IMG/VR virus record: IMGVR_UViG_3300015050_000931
Location: 4,135 to 68,134 of that record
Origin: a virus
Taxonomy: Duplodnaviria > Caudoviricetes
Direction: 5' to 3' (one strand)
Length of the DNA stretch: 64,000 bases
Shown here: in pieces, positions 27,501 to 35,833 of the stretch
How the letters are laid out: each line of letters starts with the position of its first letter
Numbering within the stretch: the first letter of the stretch is position 1
Translations under genes and position numbers: made by a program
Notes under the pieces: model-generated
What the model was told of the DNA's origin: nothing
What the model saw: the letters and a program-made list of their open reading frames with translations, nothing else
Databases searched by the model: none

Positions 27501-28327
27501 CCAAAAGCATTAGGGTCAACTTGTCCGTTTTCATCTGACTTTCCGCTAACCTGTCCTAATATTTCTATTTTCTCTACGTCTGCCCCAAGTGTTTCATAAA
27601 CGATTGATATTTTACAATTCTTTGTAGGGTCTTTATCAATCGCTGTATCTGCTGCATTTATTGGTAATGGTACTTCACTTTTCATACTTACCACACTTTT
27701 TTCCCTGCTATAATAAACAGGGCGTGTCATAAATCTGAATAGTTTTTTACGAAGTGTATTAACAGTTATAGTAGCATCATCACCATAAGTAACATAAGGA
27801 GGTCTGTTTGCAGGGTACTTAATGACTTCTAAAAAATCTCTTGTCATTACCCCATAAGTACCAGCAATAGTTCTTTCAACATTTAGCTGGCATGGTTCTT
27901 TTTGTGAGTTATTAAAGTAAATAGTATCTCCCTGCGTATCATCTCCATAAAGAATCTTAACATTATATATTTTACCATCCAATGTAAACCCTAAAATATC
28001 TCCGTCTGTATTTGTTCCACAAACTAATAAATCTATTATTGTCTGTGTGTCAAGTTCAAGATACCTTATACTATGATTACCATTGGAATTATAGATAAAA
28101 TAAAATATACGCTGCTTTAACTCATCATAAAATGCTCCGATAGTTTCATTAACTCCTGCTGGCAGATTACATGGTACAAGTGTATTCCCTTCAATGTTTT
28201 CAACCCTCCAACTACTTTTATCTCCCCTGAATTTTATGTTCCTCCCTTCTTTAATAAAGCCAGCCCCAATGGTTTCATTAGGGCTATCCGTATCCATTAC
28301 TCCATTAAAGTTTTTTATTTCTGCCAT
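24491..28327 (-). CDS. tail nozzle/stabilisation protein
   Basis: 1278 aa; N-terminus FNGVMDTDS..IGAGFIKEGRNI typical of podoviral nozzle proteins; position. Confidence 0.7.
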   Translation of the reverse strand: MAEIKNFNGVMDTDSPNETIGAGFIKEGRNIKFRGDKSSWRVENIEGNTLVPCNLPAGVNETIGAFYDELKQRIFYFIYNSNGNHSIRYLELDTQTIIDLLVCGTNTDGDILGFTLDGKIYNVKILYGDDTQGDTIYFNNSQKEPCQLNVERTIAGTYGVMTRDFLEVIKYPANRPPYVTYGDDATITVNTLRKKLFRFMTRPVYYSREKSVVSMKSEVPLPINAADTAIDKDPTKNCKISIVYETLGADVEKIEILGQVSGKSDENGQVDPNAFGDPFLIQTINKSDLSLSDNDIATFVFYNDQAYTEIDPEDAIQLFDLVPLEADSLEMLNGNVPIYGAITEGFDLSSITATVTPSAIPRIDTQLPYIFVGNQSGDSAFGTGNIHLVVIGTVAIGYVFTFITTNQTVTFTATVATTANVITGLAAAAVVAGFTVVSSDTENLVVIQTGESLQTVVRQAPILAVTNEFAHNWNDKEAYGVVYFDKAGRTPGVITNQDLSFQTLNYTETATVPNITQLLLSISTRPPDYAYYFSIVRTKSLAKLKFLYWVSDSTYKDSEFAWISIENLNTFIEKNKPNSNFLAYDFSPGDRIRFIKVLSGSVNTVYTNQDFTIIGQELSPTINGVVRTGQYLKISLPATSGTFDFGTSDFFNYEIELYTPAQSVANSLNKYYEIGERFTIGNPTEDTRYHQGMTQNQTSNLSQPATFTFNKGDFYYRERQINVGAEYDYQVQAYEQGDGRTTMGVTFESSTYTDPNITPGSSPNMDLATFDITSNVDRAILNITTGTYTFRIKGSITVNFYDFGENFAYWLQDSSLNITNLVPMQPIDQGPHTFTFDTTFQMTGPMRIFIFAYSEGDFHNSKGYSSSDIKITRELPYTVPVIDANYSDYFSSALNSDGRPFIEQPDAARNYNPILLRWGKPNIINTNINEVSRFTVLNFDEIDLAKGDIKLLSVENKVLNVLQKRGCGWYAIYAKVLQDQKGENVITTTDEILTRNNIQYLAGNYGIGDNKGSFSKTKSGYYFTDSVRGYQIRKDLNGLTPINELFLGKYRIRNIITKYNDAYVRPNGALSIIFGYYDYFEEQYVVFCQGGTFGDESIVDQSFSFNEIRKGYCSFYDELPEWIVCAQDITFEWKAGQVYVRDNTAEYGKRFGVQTYPSVTIVFNNKEVMRKTFNTLSYQSNKKWTSPANGDIITSEINEQTGLQQISSLIEQDGTQRGNYFDFALLRDANSMLDSREALLNGDYLSGQWMQIKLTYFGNDFVFLYCPYLLSENQPRNL

Positions 28328-28596
28328 TATGGTGCTATGTCTTCATACGTTATTAAAATATCATCCTTTGAAACTGCTATAAATGTTTCTCCTAAATCAG
28401 TTGCAAAAAAAGCACTCGTTTTTAAAAACCCTACCTTTTGAGAAACTGAAATATTGTACACATTACTTCCTATCTTATAAACCGACCCTACCAAAGCATT
28501 AGGTGTTGCTCCCCTTATGCCAAATCCATTACCAAACTGATAAACAGAAACAACTACATTATTATATACGGGTGTTACCCCTTCTGGTGCTGCCAT
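28327..28596 (-). CDS. small GroES-like fold protein
   Basis: PVYNNVVV...GSVYKIGSNV..ISVSQKVGF...GETFIAVSKDDIL pattern. Confidence 0.45.
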   Translation of the reverse strand: MAAPEGVTPVYNNVVVSVYQFGNGFGIRGATPNALVGSVYKIGSNVYNISVSQKVGFLKTSAFFATDLGETFIAVSKDDILITYEDIAP

Positions 28597-28607
28597 TTTT
28601 ATTTATT

Positions 28608-29345
28608 TTAAGAACGCAATTTCATGCCAGAAGACTCCCTTACAACTTGCGAAATTTGTTGTAAAGTAACTTTTTTATTAGGCATCCGTCTACGTGCTTC
28701 TGTCTTAGCAGCAATATACATTTCTCTTGGTGCTAACTTTAGCTTCCATTCAATAAATGCGATTACTGCTTCCTGTAATGCGGTTGGAACCATGTAATCT
28801 TCTTGTTTAATTGGAGCAGATAAATACTCAAACATAACATGGTCATACCTGAAATCAATTGGCAATATTATCACCCCATTTGCTTCATCAACTCTACATT
28901 CTCCATATTGAATAAGTCCATTATTAACACCAAATAAATTACAGTAATTACCGTTATAATAATAGTTAAGAAATAATGGCGCTGCTGTAAGTGCTGCTAT
29001 TGAATTATTAATATCAGGCGTAAGTAATTCTATTCTATTAGGATTTAAATCTCTCCACTTTGTAAAACTATTATTAACCTTAATAGTTACCGTTTGTCCA
29101 CTTTCATTTAGTAACCCTACTTTAGTCCATGATATTACACCTGATGGGAAACTAACTGTTTTATTAGAATTTATAGGCAACCGTACAGTAACTACTTGCC
29201 CAGCGAACTCATAATTTAGGTCAGTCAATGCCCTTAAACCTAACAGCCATGCTTGGTCTTGGTCTCCATCTGACTTCCCGTTACCATCCATACAGTATGC
29301 TACTACTGTTTGGAGTGGGGTATAATAATCAATATCGTTTGCCAT
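28608..29345 (-). CDS. head-tail connector/ring protein
   Basis: Position; C-terminal FEYLSAP..VPTALQEAVIAFIEWK. Confidence 0.55.
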   Translation of the reverse strand: MANDIDYYTPLQTVVAYCMDGNGKSDGDQDQAWLLGLRALTDLNYEFAGQVVTVRLPINSNKTVSFPSGVISWTKVGLLNESGQTVTIKVNNSFTKWRDLNPNRIELLTPDINNSIAALTAAPLFLNYYYNGNYCNLFGVNNGLIQYGECRVDEANGVIILPIDFRYDHVMFEYLSAPIKQEDYMVPTALQEAVIAFIEWKLKLAPREMYIAAKTEARRRMPNKKVTLQQISQVVRESSGMKLRS

Positions 29346-29638
29346 TAACTCAATGATTTAATTCTTTCGTAAATTATACCGTTCAAGTGTCTTCCAAATC
29401 CACCGTTTTCCTGAATATTCAATATCCTTTGTAAGAAATCTATTTCAGTTTCAACTGTTGGTGTTTCATGTTCAGAAGTTTTTGTTTCAATCATTTGAGC
29501 AGGAATATCAGGAATATAAATTGTAGGTATTTCTAATTCTTCTGCTATTGGTTCTGCTGCTGTTTCTTCAATAACTTCAACCGTTGGTTCAATTTCTTTT
29601 ACTTCTTCAACTACTACTTCTTTTACTTTCTTTGCCAT
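29345..29638 (-). CDS. hypothetical acidic protein
   Basis: E/V-rich 97-aa ORF. Confidence 0.55.
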   Translation of the reverse strand: MAKKVKEVVVEEVKEIEPTVEVIEETAAEPIAEELEIPTIYIPDIPAQMIETKTSEHETPTVETEIDFLQRILNIQENGGFGRHLNGIIYERIKSLS

Positions 29639-29661
29639 TTTTATATTTTTAAATTAAAAAA

Positions 29662-30315
29662 TTATGAAGCCTTATTTCCAGCCGGTAAATCATCTTGGAT
29701 TGTGTCTTGTGGTAATCCTAACCTATCTTTTAACCTTGCTAATACTTTGGTAAATATCATTTCAATAGCATCATCAGGAATATTTGTTGTGTCGGTTAAT
29801 GACGTAACTCTTGTACTTGGCATTTCAATATAACAATCCTGATTTAATAAAGAACTTCCATCGCTTGCTGCCAACCATATTTTTTGTCCTGTTACCCAAT
29901 ACCTAACTCCAAATTGCATTGGCATTGCCATTCTCCTTCCAACTCTTTTAGCTTTTATAGCAATACAATCTCTACCTTGTCCATTTACTGAATTAGCAAA
30001 ATAAACCCTGTTAATACTATAACCTAACGGTAATGATAATGGTGGTTGTGGTAAAGTGCTATACCAATTCTTAGTTACGTTATCCTGCGTTAATGCTGCT
30101 AATTGGAATTGCAGGATATACGATTCAGGCATCTCTAAAGTTCCCAACACTTTAGCCCCTCCATAAACCTGTCCAATAACCCCACTTGACATCGCCTCGT
30201 TGATATAAAGCAATAATTCATTTCTCGTTACTGAAAAATCAGTTCCGGGGTAGTCGTTATTTATATGCTTTTCAAGGCGTATAATAAGCTGATTCCATGT
30301 GTACCCTAATGCCAT
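29662..30315 (-). CDS. head-tail connector/ring protein
   Basis: Position; IPDDAIEMIFTKVL C-terminal pattern. Confidence 0.55.
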   Translation of the reverse strand: MALGYTWNQLIIRLEKHINNDYPGTDFSVTRNELLLYINEAMSSGVIGQVYGGAKVLGTLEMPESYILQFQLAALTQDNVTKNWYSTLPQPPLSLPLGYSINRVYFANSVNGQGRDCIAIKAKRVGRRMAMPMQFGVRYWVTGQKIWLAASDGSSLLNQDCYIEMPSTRVTSLTDTTNIPDDAIEMIFTKVLARLKDRLGLPQDTIQDDLPAGNKAS

Positions 30316-30320
30316 AATTA

Positions 30321-30773
30321 TTAAATTGAAACTACTACGTACTCTATTGGAACTTCTGCTGTGTATGCTTGTGCTGAAACTGAATCTGCGTCTGCAAATA
30401 CTGCAAATGCTGCTGCTGTGGCACTTACACTTTCTTTTACATTACCCATAAGGAATGTTTTTCCAGCATCTAATTTCATATCGAAAGTATCTGCACCATT
30501 TTTCTTAACCCTGATACGACAATAGTTTACAGTGTCCTTATTGGTTATTTGTAGGTACTTCATATCTCCACTTATGAATGTGCCTGCTGCTACTGCCGAT
30601 GCAAATTGAACAACTGTTACTTCACTTGAAGTAGGGATATTCATTATCCTGCTATCGTATTCATTTACATCTGATATTACCAATTGGTTTTCCGTAACCT
30701 TTGGTTGTCCGTTTAGCGTTATCTGTGTAGATATTGTCGCTGTAAAATTTTGTGCGGTAATTGTTGATGCCAT
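30321..30773 (-). CDS. virion structural protein
   Basis: Beta-rich 150 aa; position. Confidence 0.5.
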   Translation of the reverse strand: MASTITAQNFTATISTQITLNGQPKVTENQLVISDVNEYDSRIMNIPTSSEVTVVQFASAVAAGTFISGDMKYLQITNKDTVNYCRIRVKKNGADTFDMKLDAGKTFLMGNVKESVSATAAAFAVFADADSVSAQAYTAEVPIEYVVVSI

Positions 30774-30785
30774 TGTATTTTATAA

Positions 30786-31163
30786 TTAAGTAAGCGTTAA
30801 TAAATATAAGCATTTTGCTCCAACTCCTGATAAACTCTGTGCAGTATTTTCAATATCACAATACTTTTTTTCTTCTGCCCAATCTTCTATTTGGTAAGCA
30901 AACTCTTTTACCAATGTAGCTAACTTAACTGCTGCTGCATGGCTGTATTCAGGAATTTCATCAATCTGCAATTTACCTATTCTTTTACCATCTTGATACC
31001 CTATTATTAATTCACAAATACTATCTCTGAATGAGAATAATTCTGTGTATAAAAAATCAAGTGCCTTATGTTCTGCAAAAGACCTTGTATCGTGATGAAA
31101 TTTTTGTGCTACGTCTGCAAACCAAAATAACTTATTCTGTATTTGCTCTGATGTTAGTGCCAT
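30786..31163 (-). CDS. ferritin/Dps-like four-helix bundle (DUF5856-like)
   Basis: FHHDTRSFAEHKALDFLYTELFSFRDSICE motif. Confidence 0.6.
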   Translation of the reverse strand: MALTSEQIQNKLFWFADVAQKFHHDTRSFAEHKALDFLYTELFSFRDSICELIIGYQDGKRIGKLQIDEIPEYSHAAAVKLATLVKEFAYQIEDWAEEKKYCDIENTAQSLSGVGAKCLYLLTLT

Positions 31164-31174
31164 AACTTAAAATT

Positions 31175-31870
31175 TTAACTGTCACCTGTAACCGTATTTT
31201 TTTCGCCAAAATTTGTAAAATCTCTATCCTTGTAGCTTACGCCAAAATTTGTTAATGTTCTTTTCGTAATCTCAATTACTGTTGGTATAGACCACTTAGG
31301 CTGTATGCTCAATCCTGCATTATAAACCTGTCTGTTCTGTGCATCATAGGTGAACCCCCATTTAACGTCTTCGGGATGTGCTATATAATCTAATTGTAGA
31401 TTACCTGTGGCTGATGTAGGTAGCACCTCATAGTAATATTCATATTCAATTATGTAGTAAGAACTATTGGTTACGCTTGGTGGGTCAATAACATCATTAT
31501 TAACATACCACTTTTGACCATGATTTATTTTTGTAACCAAAAACTCATCCCCACTTAATTCTAATCTCCTTGCTAATCCATAAATAAAATCATCAGGCTT
31601 CGTTGCTTGTCCACTTGCGATAGCGACAGAACCAGCTATTGTAAAAGGGGCAAGCTGTGTCATTATCGTTTCATTCATAATAAGACCTGTGTTTGTGCCT
31701 GTCTTATTATTACTTATTTTTTGCCACTTACCTAACAAATCAGAATGATAAGCATTTTGTTCTGTATTCCATGCGTTAAAAAAATCAGAAACACTAATAC
31801 TTCCTGATTGGTTCTGCCTTAACAAGAACTTTAGTAGATTATAAATTTTATCAACACTCCAAGTATTCAT
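31175..31870 (-). CDS. head-tail connector/ring protein
   Basis: LLRQNQSGSISVSDFFNAWNTEQ N-terminus; position. Confidence 0.55.
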   Translation of the reverse strand: MNTWSVDKIYNLLKFLLRQNQSGSISVSDFFNAWNTEQNAYHSDLLGKWQKISNNKTGTNTGLIMNETIMTQLAPFTIAGSVAIASGQATKPDDFIYGLARRLELSGDEFLVTKINHGQKWYVNNDVIDPPSVTNSSYYIIEYEYYYEVLPTSATGNLQLDYIAHPEDVKWGFTYDAQNRQVYNAGLSIQPKWSIPTVIEITKRTLTNFGVSYKDRDFTNFGEKNTVTGDS

Positions 31871-31885
31871 TCCTATTTATTTAAA

Positions 31886-31923
31886 AAGCAGCCTGTCCTT
31901 AATTAAATAAAAACAGGCTGCTT
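31886..31923 (-). terminator. hairpin/terminator after the capsid-associated gene
   Basis: AAGCAGCCTGT / ACAGGCTGCTT 11-bp stem with a T-run on the minus strand. Confidence 0.55.
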
Positions 31924-31943
31924 CACATTATCTTAATTAGCTT

Positions 31944-32900
31944 TTATTCGCTAATAGCCTTTAATTGAATCAAAAATTCTTCTCCTTCCTCACTTTTTGA
32001 AAATTCAAATATTGCATCACAAATAGCTTCTGAACTTTTCAATCCTGAAATATCACATATTACCGTATTGCTTGATTTCCATGTGGCTTTGTTTGGATTA
32101 AACTTGTTATGGATTAACCCTTTTAACCACGCTTGGTCAATAAAGTATTTTGTTTCCAAATGTTTATTACCATAGCTTTCTATGAACTCTTTTGGATTCT
32201 TACTTGCTGCCTTACGGTATTCTGTTCTTATTTCTTTATCAGTAAGTTCGTTACCTGAATCGTAATCTTCCATTGGTATTCCTAAGTATGCTGCATGGAT
32301 TCTCATTTTAGTATCAGATGCCTCCCTTGCTAATGCCATTGCTTCTTCAATCTTATCTAACCTGTCAGATTCAACGGTTGCCATTTTCTCTGCATTTTGT
32401 GGCGTGAATATCGGGGTAGAAGTTGTTGTCCTAAACATACTATCGCTATTCCAACTACAAATGCTTAAATAAAGCAAAAGTTGTTTTTCATACCCTTCAA
32501 CTACCATTTTACCATTCAGAAAATTTCGCCTCCTTGTTGTCTGAATTAACTGGTCAATTACATCCTTTTCTTTTGGTTGCTGCGAAACAAAAATAGATTC
32601 ACAACCATCGTAGTACCTTATCCCAACCCTACCATTATTCCAAACTATTTGGGAAGTCATTATCAAATTCTGTAATGGTTTAAACTTCTTGTGTGGTAAT
32701 GGTCGGTTTGTCCTTGCATCAATAACTGGTTTTTCAAGTTCCATGTTTTCTGCTGCAAGTTGGAAAACATACTTTTTTGTAGCATCAAATTCTTGCATCA
32801 ATGCACGATGCTCATTTGAATCTTTTTTTACTTTTAGCCCCTCAAATTCTTCAACGAACTCGATTTTTTTTAATGGGGCTACGATTGTAGCGTCTGCCAT
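31944..32900 (-). CDS. capsid-associated protein (gene after the major capsid)
   Basis: 318 aa, directly downstream of the MCP as in crAss-like/Bacteroidota podoviruses. Confidence 0.55.
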   Translation of the reverse strand: MADATIVAPLKKIEFVEEFEGLKVKKDSNEHRALMQEFDATKKYVFQLAAENMELEKPVIDARTNRPLPHKKFKPLQNLIMTSQIVWNNGRVGIRYYDGCESIFVSQQPKEKDVIDQLIQTTRRRNFLNGKMVVEGYEKQLLLYLSICSWNSDSMFRTTTSTPIFTPQNAEKMATVESDRLDKIEEAMALAREASDTKMRIHAAYLGIPMEDYDSGNELTDKEIRTEYRKAASKNPKEFIESYGNKHLETKYFIDQAWLKGLIHNKFNPNKATWKSSNTVICDISGLKSSEAICDAIFEFSKSEEGEEFLIQLKAISE

Positions 32901-32919
32901 TTTTTATGTTTTAAAAGTG

Positions 32920-32945
32920 AGGGTGTGGAAATATTTCCACACCCT
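32920..32945. repeat. perfect 26-bp palindrome after the major capsid gene
   Basis: AGGGTGTGGAAAT|ATTTCCACACCCT. Confidence 0.8.
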
Positions 32946-32956
32946 GTTATTATTCA

Positions 32957-34363
32957 CTAACTCGCTATTCCTTTTAATACAGCAAATTGCTCTGCTGCCA
33001 ACACACGAGAACCTACATAAGCGATTTGCTCATACTTGTTTTCGGCAATCGTTGTCTTGGTTGCTTTGGTGTAACCTAAATCCCAACTGTAAATCTTCTG
33101 ACCTGCTGTGATGTCAGGATTTTGCTGATATACAAATTGTAATTGTGGGCGTGTTGCACCGTCTTTAGCATCAACGATTGTACCTTGTGGTACTGCCAAT
33201 CCAAAGAAAGCCCTGTAATCGCCCTGTGTAGGTACATAACCAAAAGTAGCTTCTGCTCCAAATCCTTTGTAACGATGGAAGAAGAAGTTAAAGGTATCTG
33301 TTGAGAAACCATTAAATCCATAAGCAGCCGATGTAACTGCATCTCCACCTGCTGAACCGTAGCTGATAGCACCATTTTTGTAAACACCAAACAACAGGTT
33401 ATTAATATCCTGACGTTGCTTTAAATCTTGTAAGAAATGGTATTCTCTTGGGCCACCGTTAGCATCCAATACGTTTGTAAGGTTTTGGAAATCACCAATA
33501 GCAAAAGCGTATTGTACGTAATCAATTTCAGAACCCCTTGCTTCAACGGCAGGGATAACACCTACTGTACCTGTTGCGGTAGTATTAGCGTATGGTACAC
33601 CTTCCATTACTGCATCTTCAATATCCATCATCATGTTTTGATTCATGGTTTGGATAGCTAAAGCTGGCTCATAGAAATTACCACCACCAAAGTCAATCTG
33701 TGTTTTATTCATACCTGCTAAATCACTTGCCTTAGTAGATGCACGTAAAACTGTTGCAGTGTTATCATAACGGTACATCTTTTGTTGCATTGTACCTTGT
33801 GAATCAGAACTTTCACCTGCAAGTTGATTACCAAAAGTTTCCAATCCTTCACCTGCATTAAGGGTAGTTCCACTTGTACCTGTGATAAGCGTATATAAGC
33901 CCAAAGGAGTAGCTTCAATTACAAAAGCACTTGTTGTACGGGTAATTGCAGTTACACGGAATTTACGCCCGTTAGAACGTATTTTAACCACCTGATTTAA
34001 CAAGAATGGAGATTGTGTACCTGTTGTACCGTCATTATAAGATTGTGGACTTTTAAGCGTGATATTTATAGCTGCACCAGCAGTATCACTGGTTACATTA
34101 GCGTTAACTAAACCTGAACCGTAAGGACGACCTTTTTCAAAATGAGAGAAAGTATTTGTTGTTGTATTTACGGTTTCTACGCTTGACCTTCCAAGTAATT
34201 CCATTACAAGGGCGTAAGAACTGTTACCGTATTTTGCGATGATACCGGGTATGTAATCAGGGATTACAAAGTTTAATTCGTTGAATATACCTGTGGTTAT
34301 TCCCGATGGGTATGCTATTGGCCCCGGTTGTCCAGTTGCACCCCTTACTATTGCTGATGGCAT
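32957..34363 (-). CDS. major capsid protein
   Basis: 468 aa, follows the scaffold gene; followed by a hairpin and a capsid-associated gene. Confidence 0.75.
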   Translation of the reverse strand: MPSAIVRGATGQPGPIAYPSGITTGIFNELNFVIPDYIPGIIAKYGNSSYALVMELLGRSSVETVNTTTNTFSHFEKGRPYGSGLVNANVTSDTAGAAINITLKSPQSYNDGTTGTQSPFLLNQVVKIRSNGRKFRVTAITRTTSAFVIEATPLGLYTLITGTSGTTLNAGEGLETFGNQLAGESSDSQGTMQQKMYRYDNTATVLRASTKASDLAGMNKTQIDFGGGNFYEPALAIQTMNQNMMMDIEDAVMEGVPYANTTATGTVGVIPAVEARGSEIDYVQYAFAIGDFQNLTNVLDANGGPREYHFLQDLKQRQDINNLLFGVYKNGAISYGSAGGDAVTSAAYGFNGFSTDTFNFFFHRYKGFGAEATFGYVPTQGDYRAFFGLAVPQGTIVDAKDGATRPQLQFVYQQNPDITAGQKIYSWDLGYTKATKTTIAENKYEQIAYVGSRVLAAEQFAVLKGIAS

Positions 34364-34395
34364 GATTTTTTAATTTAAAGAATGAGTAAAATTTT

Positions 34396-35562
34396 TTATT
34401 TTACCACCCCTGCTGCCGTCATCCACTGATGTAATTCGTTTGGTTCTTGTGATTGTGGAACAAATCTTGTCCCTATACCGCTATTTGAATTATCAGGTAG
34501 TTGCGACTTTAGTGTGGCATTTTTGGCTTGCTTCATTGCTTCCAACAGTATTTTTTCTTTATTCAATCCAAAATACAACGCTTCTAAAACTTTTTTTCTA
34601 TCAGTTGTTCCGTCCTGATTGATAAAAGGGTTCTTCGATTCGGGGTTGGTTACAAATTCCATTGCCTTGTTAAAACTTTCTGTGTCCGGCTCAAACTGAA
34701 ACTGAAATGCGATTTTATTGGCTTCGTCATTAAAATCTATTTTTGTCTCTATTGACTTTGGATTGAAAGTCTTATATGCTTCTATATTTTCGGCTGCAAC
34801 TTTAGCTGATTCTTCCAAATTAAACTTGTATTGGAGATAGCCTTCATCCGCTTCCGATTCTATATTAGGTAGAACTATTTTTGATTTAGCAGCTTCAAGT
34901 TCCCTTTTGGCTACTTTTGCATCAATTATTTTTTCCATCTCAATTTCAGCCACTCTATCTTTCCACTCATTATGTCTATCCTGAAATTCTTCTTCTGATT
35001 CTGTTGCTAATTCAATTGGCTCTTTTGGTATTCCATACTGCTTTTTGAACTTATGCTCAATCTCTGCTTCTGTTAAACCTTCATCTTTATACTTAATCTG
35101 CATTGACAACTTTATAATGTCATTTGCAGTATCTTTATTTACTTCTGCTGCTGTAAGCCTTTCCAACTGCCTTTCTTCATGCAGTACTTGGTATAAATCA
35201 TCGTATTTACCTGCCTGTAAAGCCCTGATTATCTTTTCACTTTTCTCGTTCTCAAACTTTAGTTCTTCCTTTACAGGGTTAGCTTTTAGCTGCCTAAGTT
35301 CTTCAATCTCTTTAGCTGCATCTTCTGGGTTTTGCCACCCGTACTTTTCAGTAAAAGTCTGAAACTTAAATTCAGGAACTTCCGTTGTAGTTGTTGTTTC
35401 AGCTACTTGCGTTTCCGTTGTTTCGGCTGATTGTGCTGGTGGCTCTCCACCATTCAACCTGAAATTCATTTGTTCAGCTATTTGCTGCTCTACGGTAGGT
35501 TCTATTACTTGTGTTTCTGCTACCTGCGTTTCCGCTTGTTGTTCAATTATATCGTCTGCCAT
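34396..35562 (-). CDS. scaffold protein
   Basis: Acidic, helical, ETQVAE repeats, upstream of the MCP. Confidence 0.65.
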   Translation of the reverse strand: MADDIIEQQAETQVAETQVIEPTVEQQIAEQMNFRLNGGEPPAQSAETTETQVAETTTTTEVPEFKFQTFTEKYGWQNPEDAAKEIEELRQLKANPVKEELKFENEKSEKIIRALQAGKYDDLYQVLHEERQLERLTAAEVNKDTANDIIKLSMQIKYKDEGLTEAEIEHKFKKQYGIPKEPIELATESEEEFQDRHNEWKDRVAEIEMEKIIDAKVAKRELEAAKSKIVLPNIESEADEGYLQYKFNLEESAKVAAENIEAYKTFNPKSIETKIDFNDEANKIAFQFQFEPDTESFNKAMEFVTNPESKNPFINQDGTTDRKKVLEALYFGLNKEKILLEAMKQAKNATLKSQLPDNSNSGIGTRFVPQSQEPNELHQWMTAAGVVK

Positions 35563-35584
35563 AAATGGGGATATTTATTTAGGC

Positions 35585-35593
35585 ATAAAGTTA
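35585..35593 (-). promoter_or_regulatory. -7 promoter element for the scaffold/capsid operon
   Basis: TAACTTTAT on the minus strand; identical to the element at 40799-40807. Confidence 0.5.
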
Positions 35594-35650
35594 CATTTAA
35601 CCTTATTTAAAATTTTGTAGTATGGAAATTATCGTATAATTTTATACCCT

Positions 35651-35833
35651 ATGAGTAACTCCGAAATTGTTCAACTATTGGCAAATGGATATAAGGTTGC
35701 TGAAATAGCAAAAGAGAATAATATTCCACTTCCAACTCTACAAAAGAAAATTTATATTTTAAGAGAACGATGCTTATGTAAAAGCATTGCACATTTAGTA
35801 GCCAACTATTTAAGGAAAAATTTGATTGATTAA
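35651..35833 (+). CDS. LuxR/sigma-region-4-like HTH protein
   Basis: IVQLLANGYKVAEIAKENNIPLPTLQKKIYILRERCLCKSIAHLVANYLRKNLI. Confidence 0.75.
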   Translation: MSNSEIVQLLANGYKVAEIAKENNIPLPTLQKKIYILRERCLCKSIAHLVANYLRKNLID

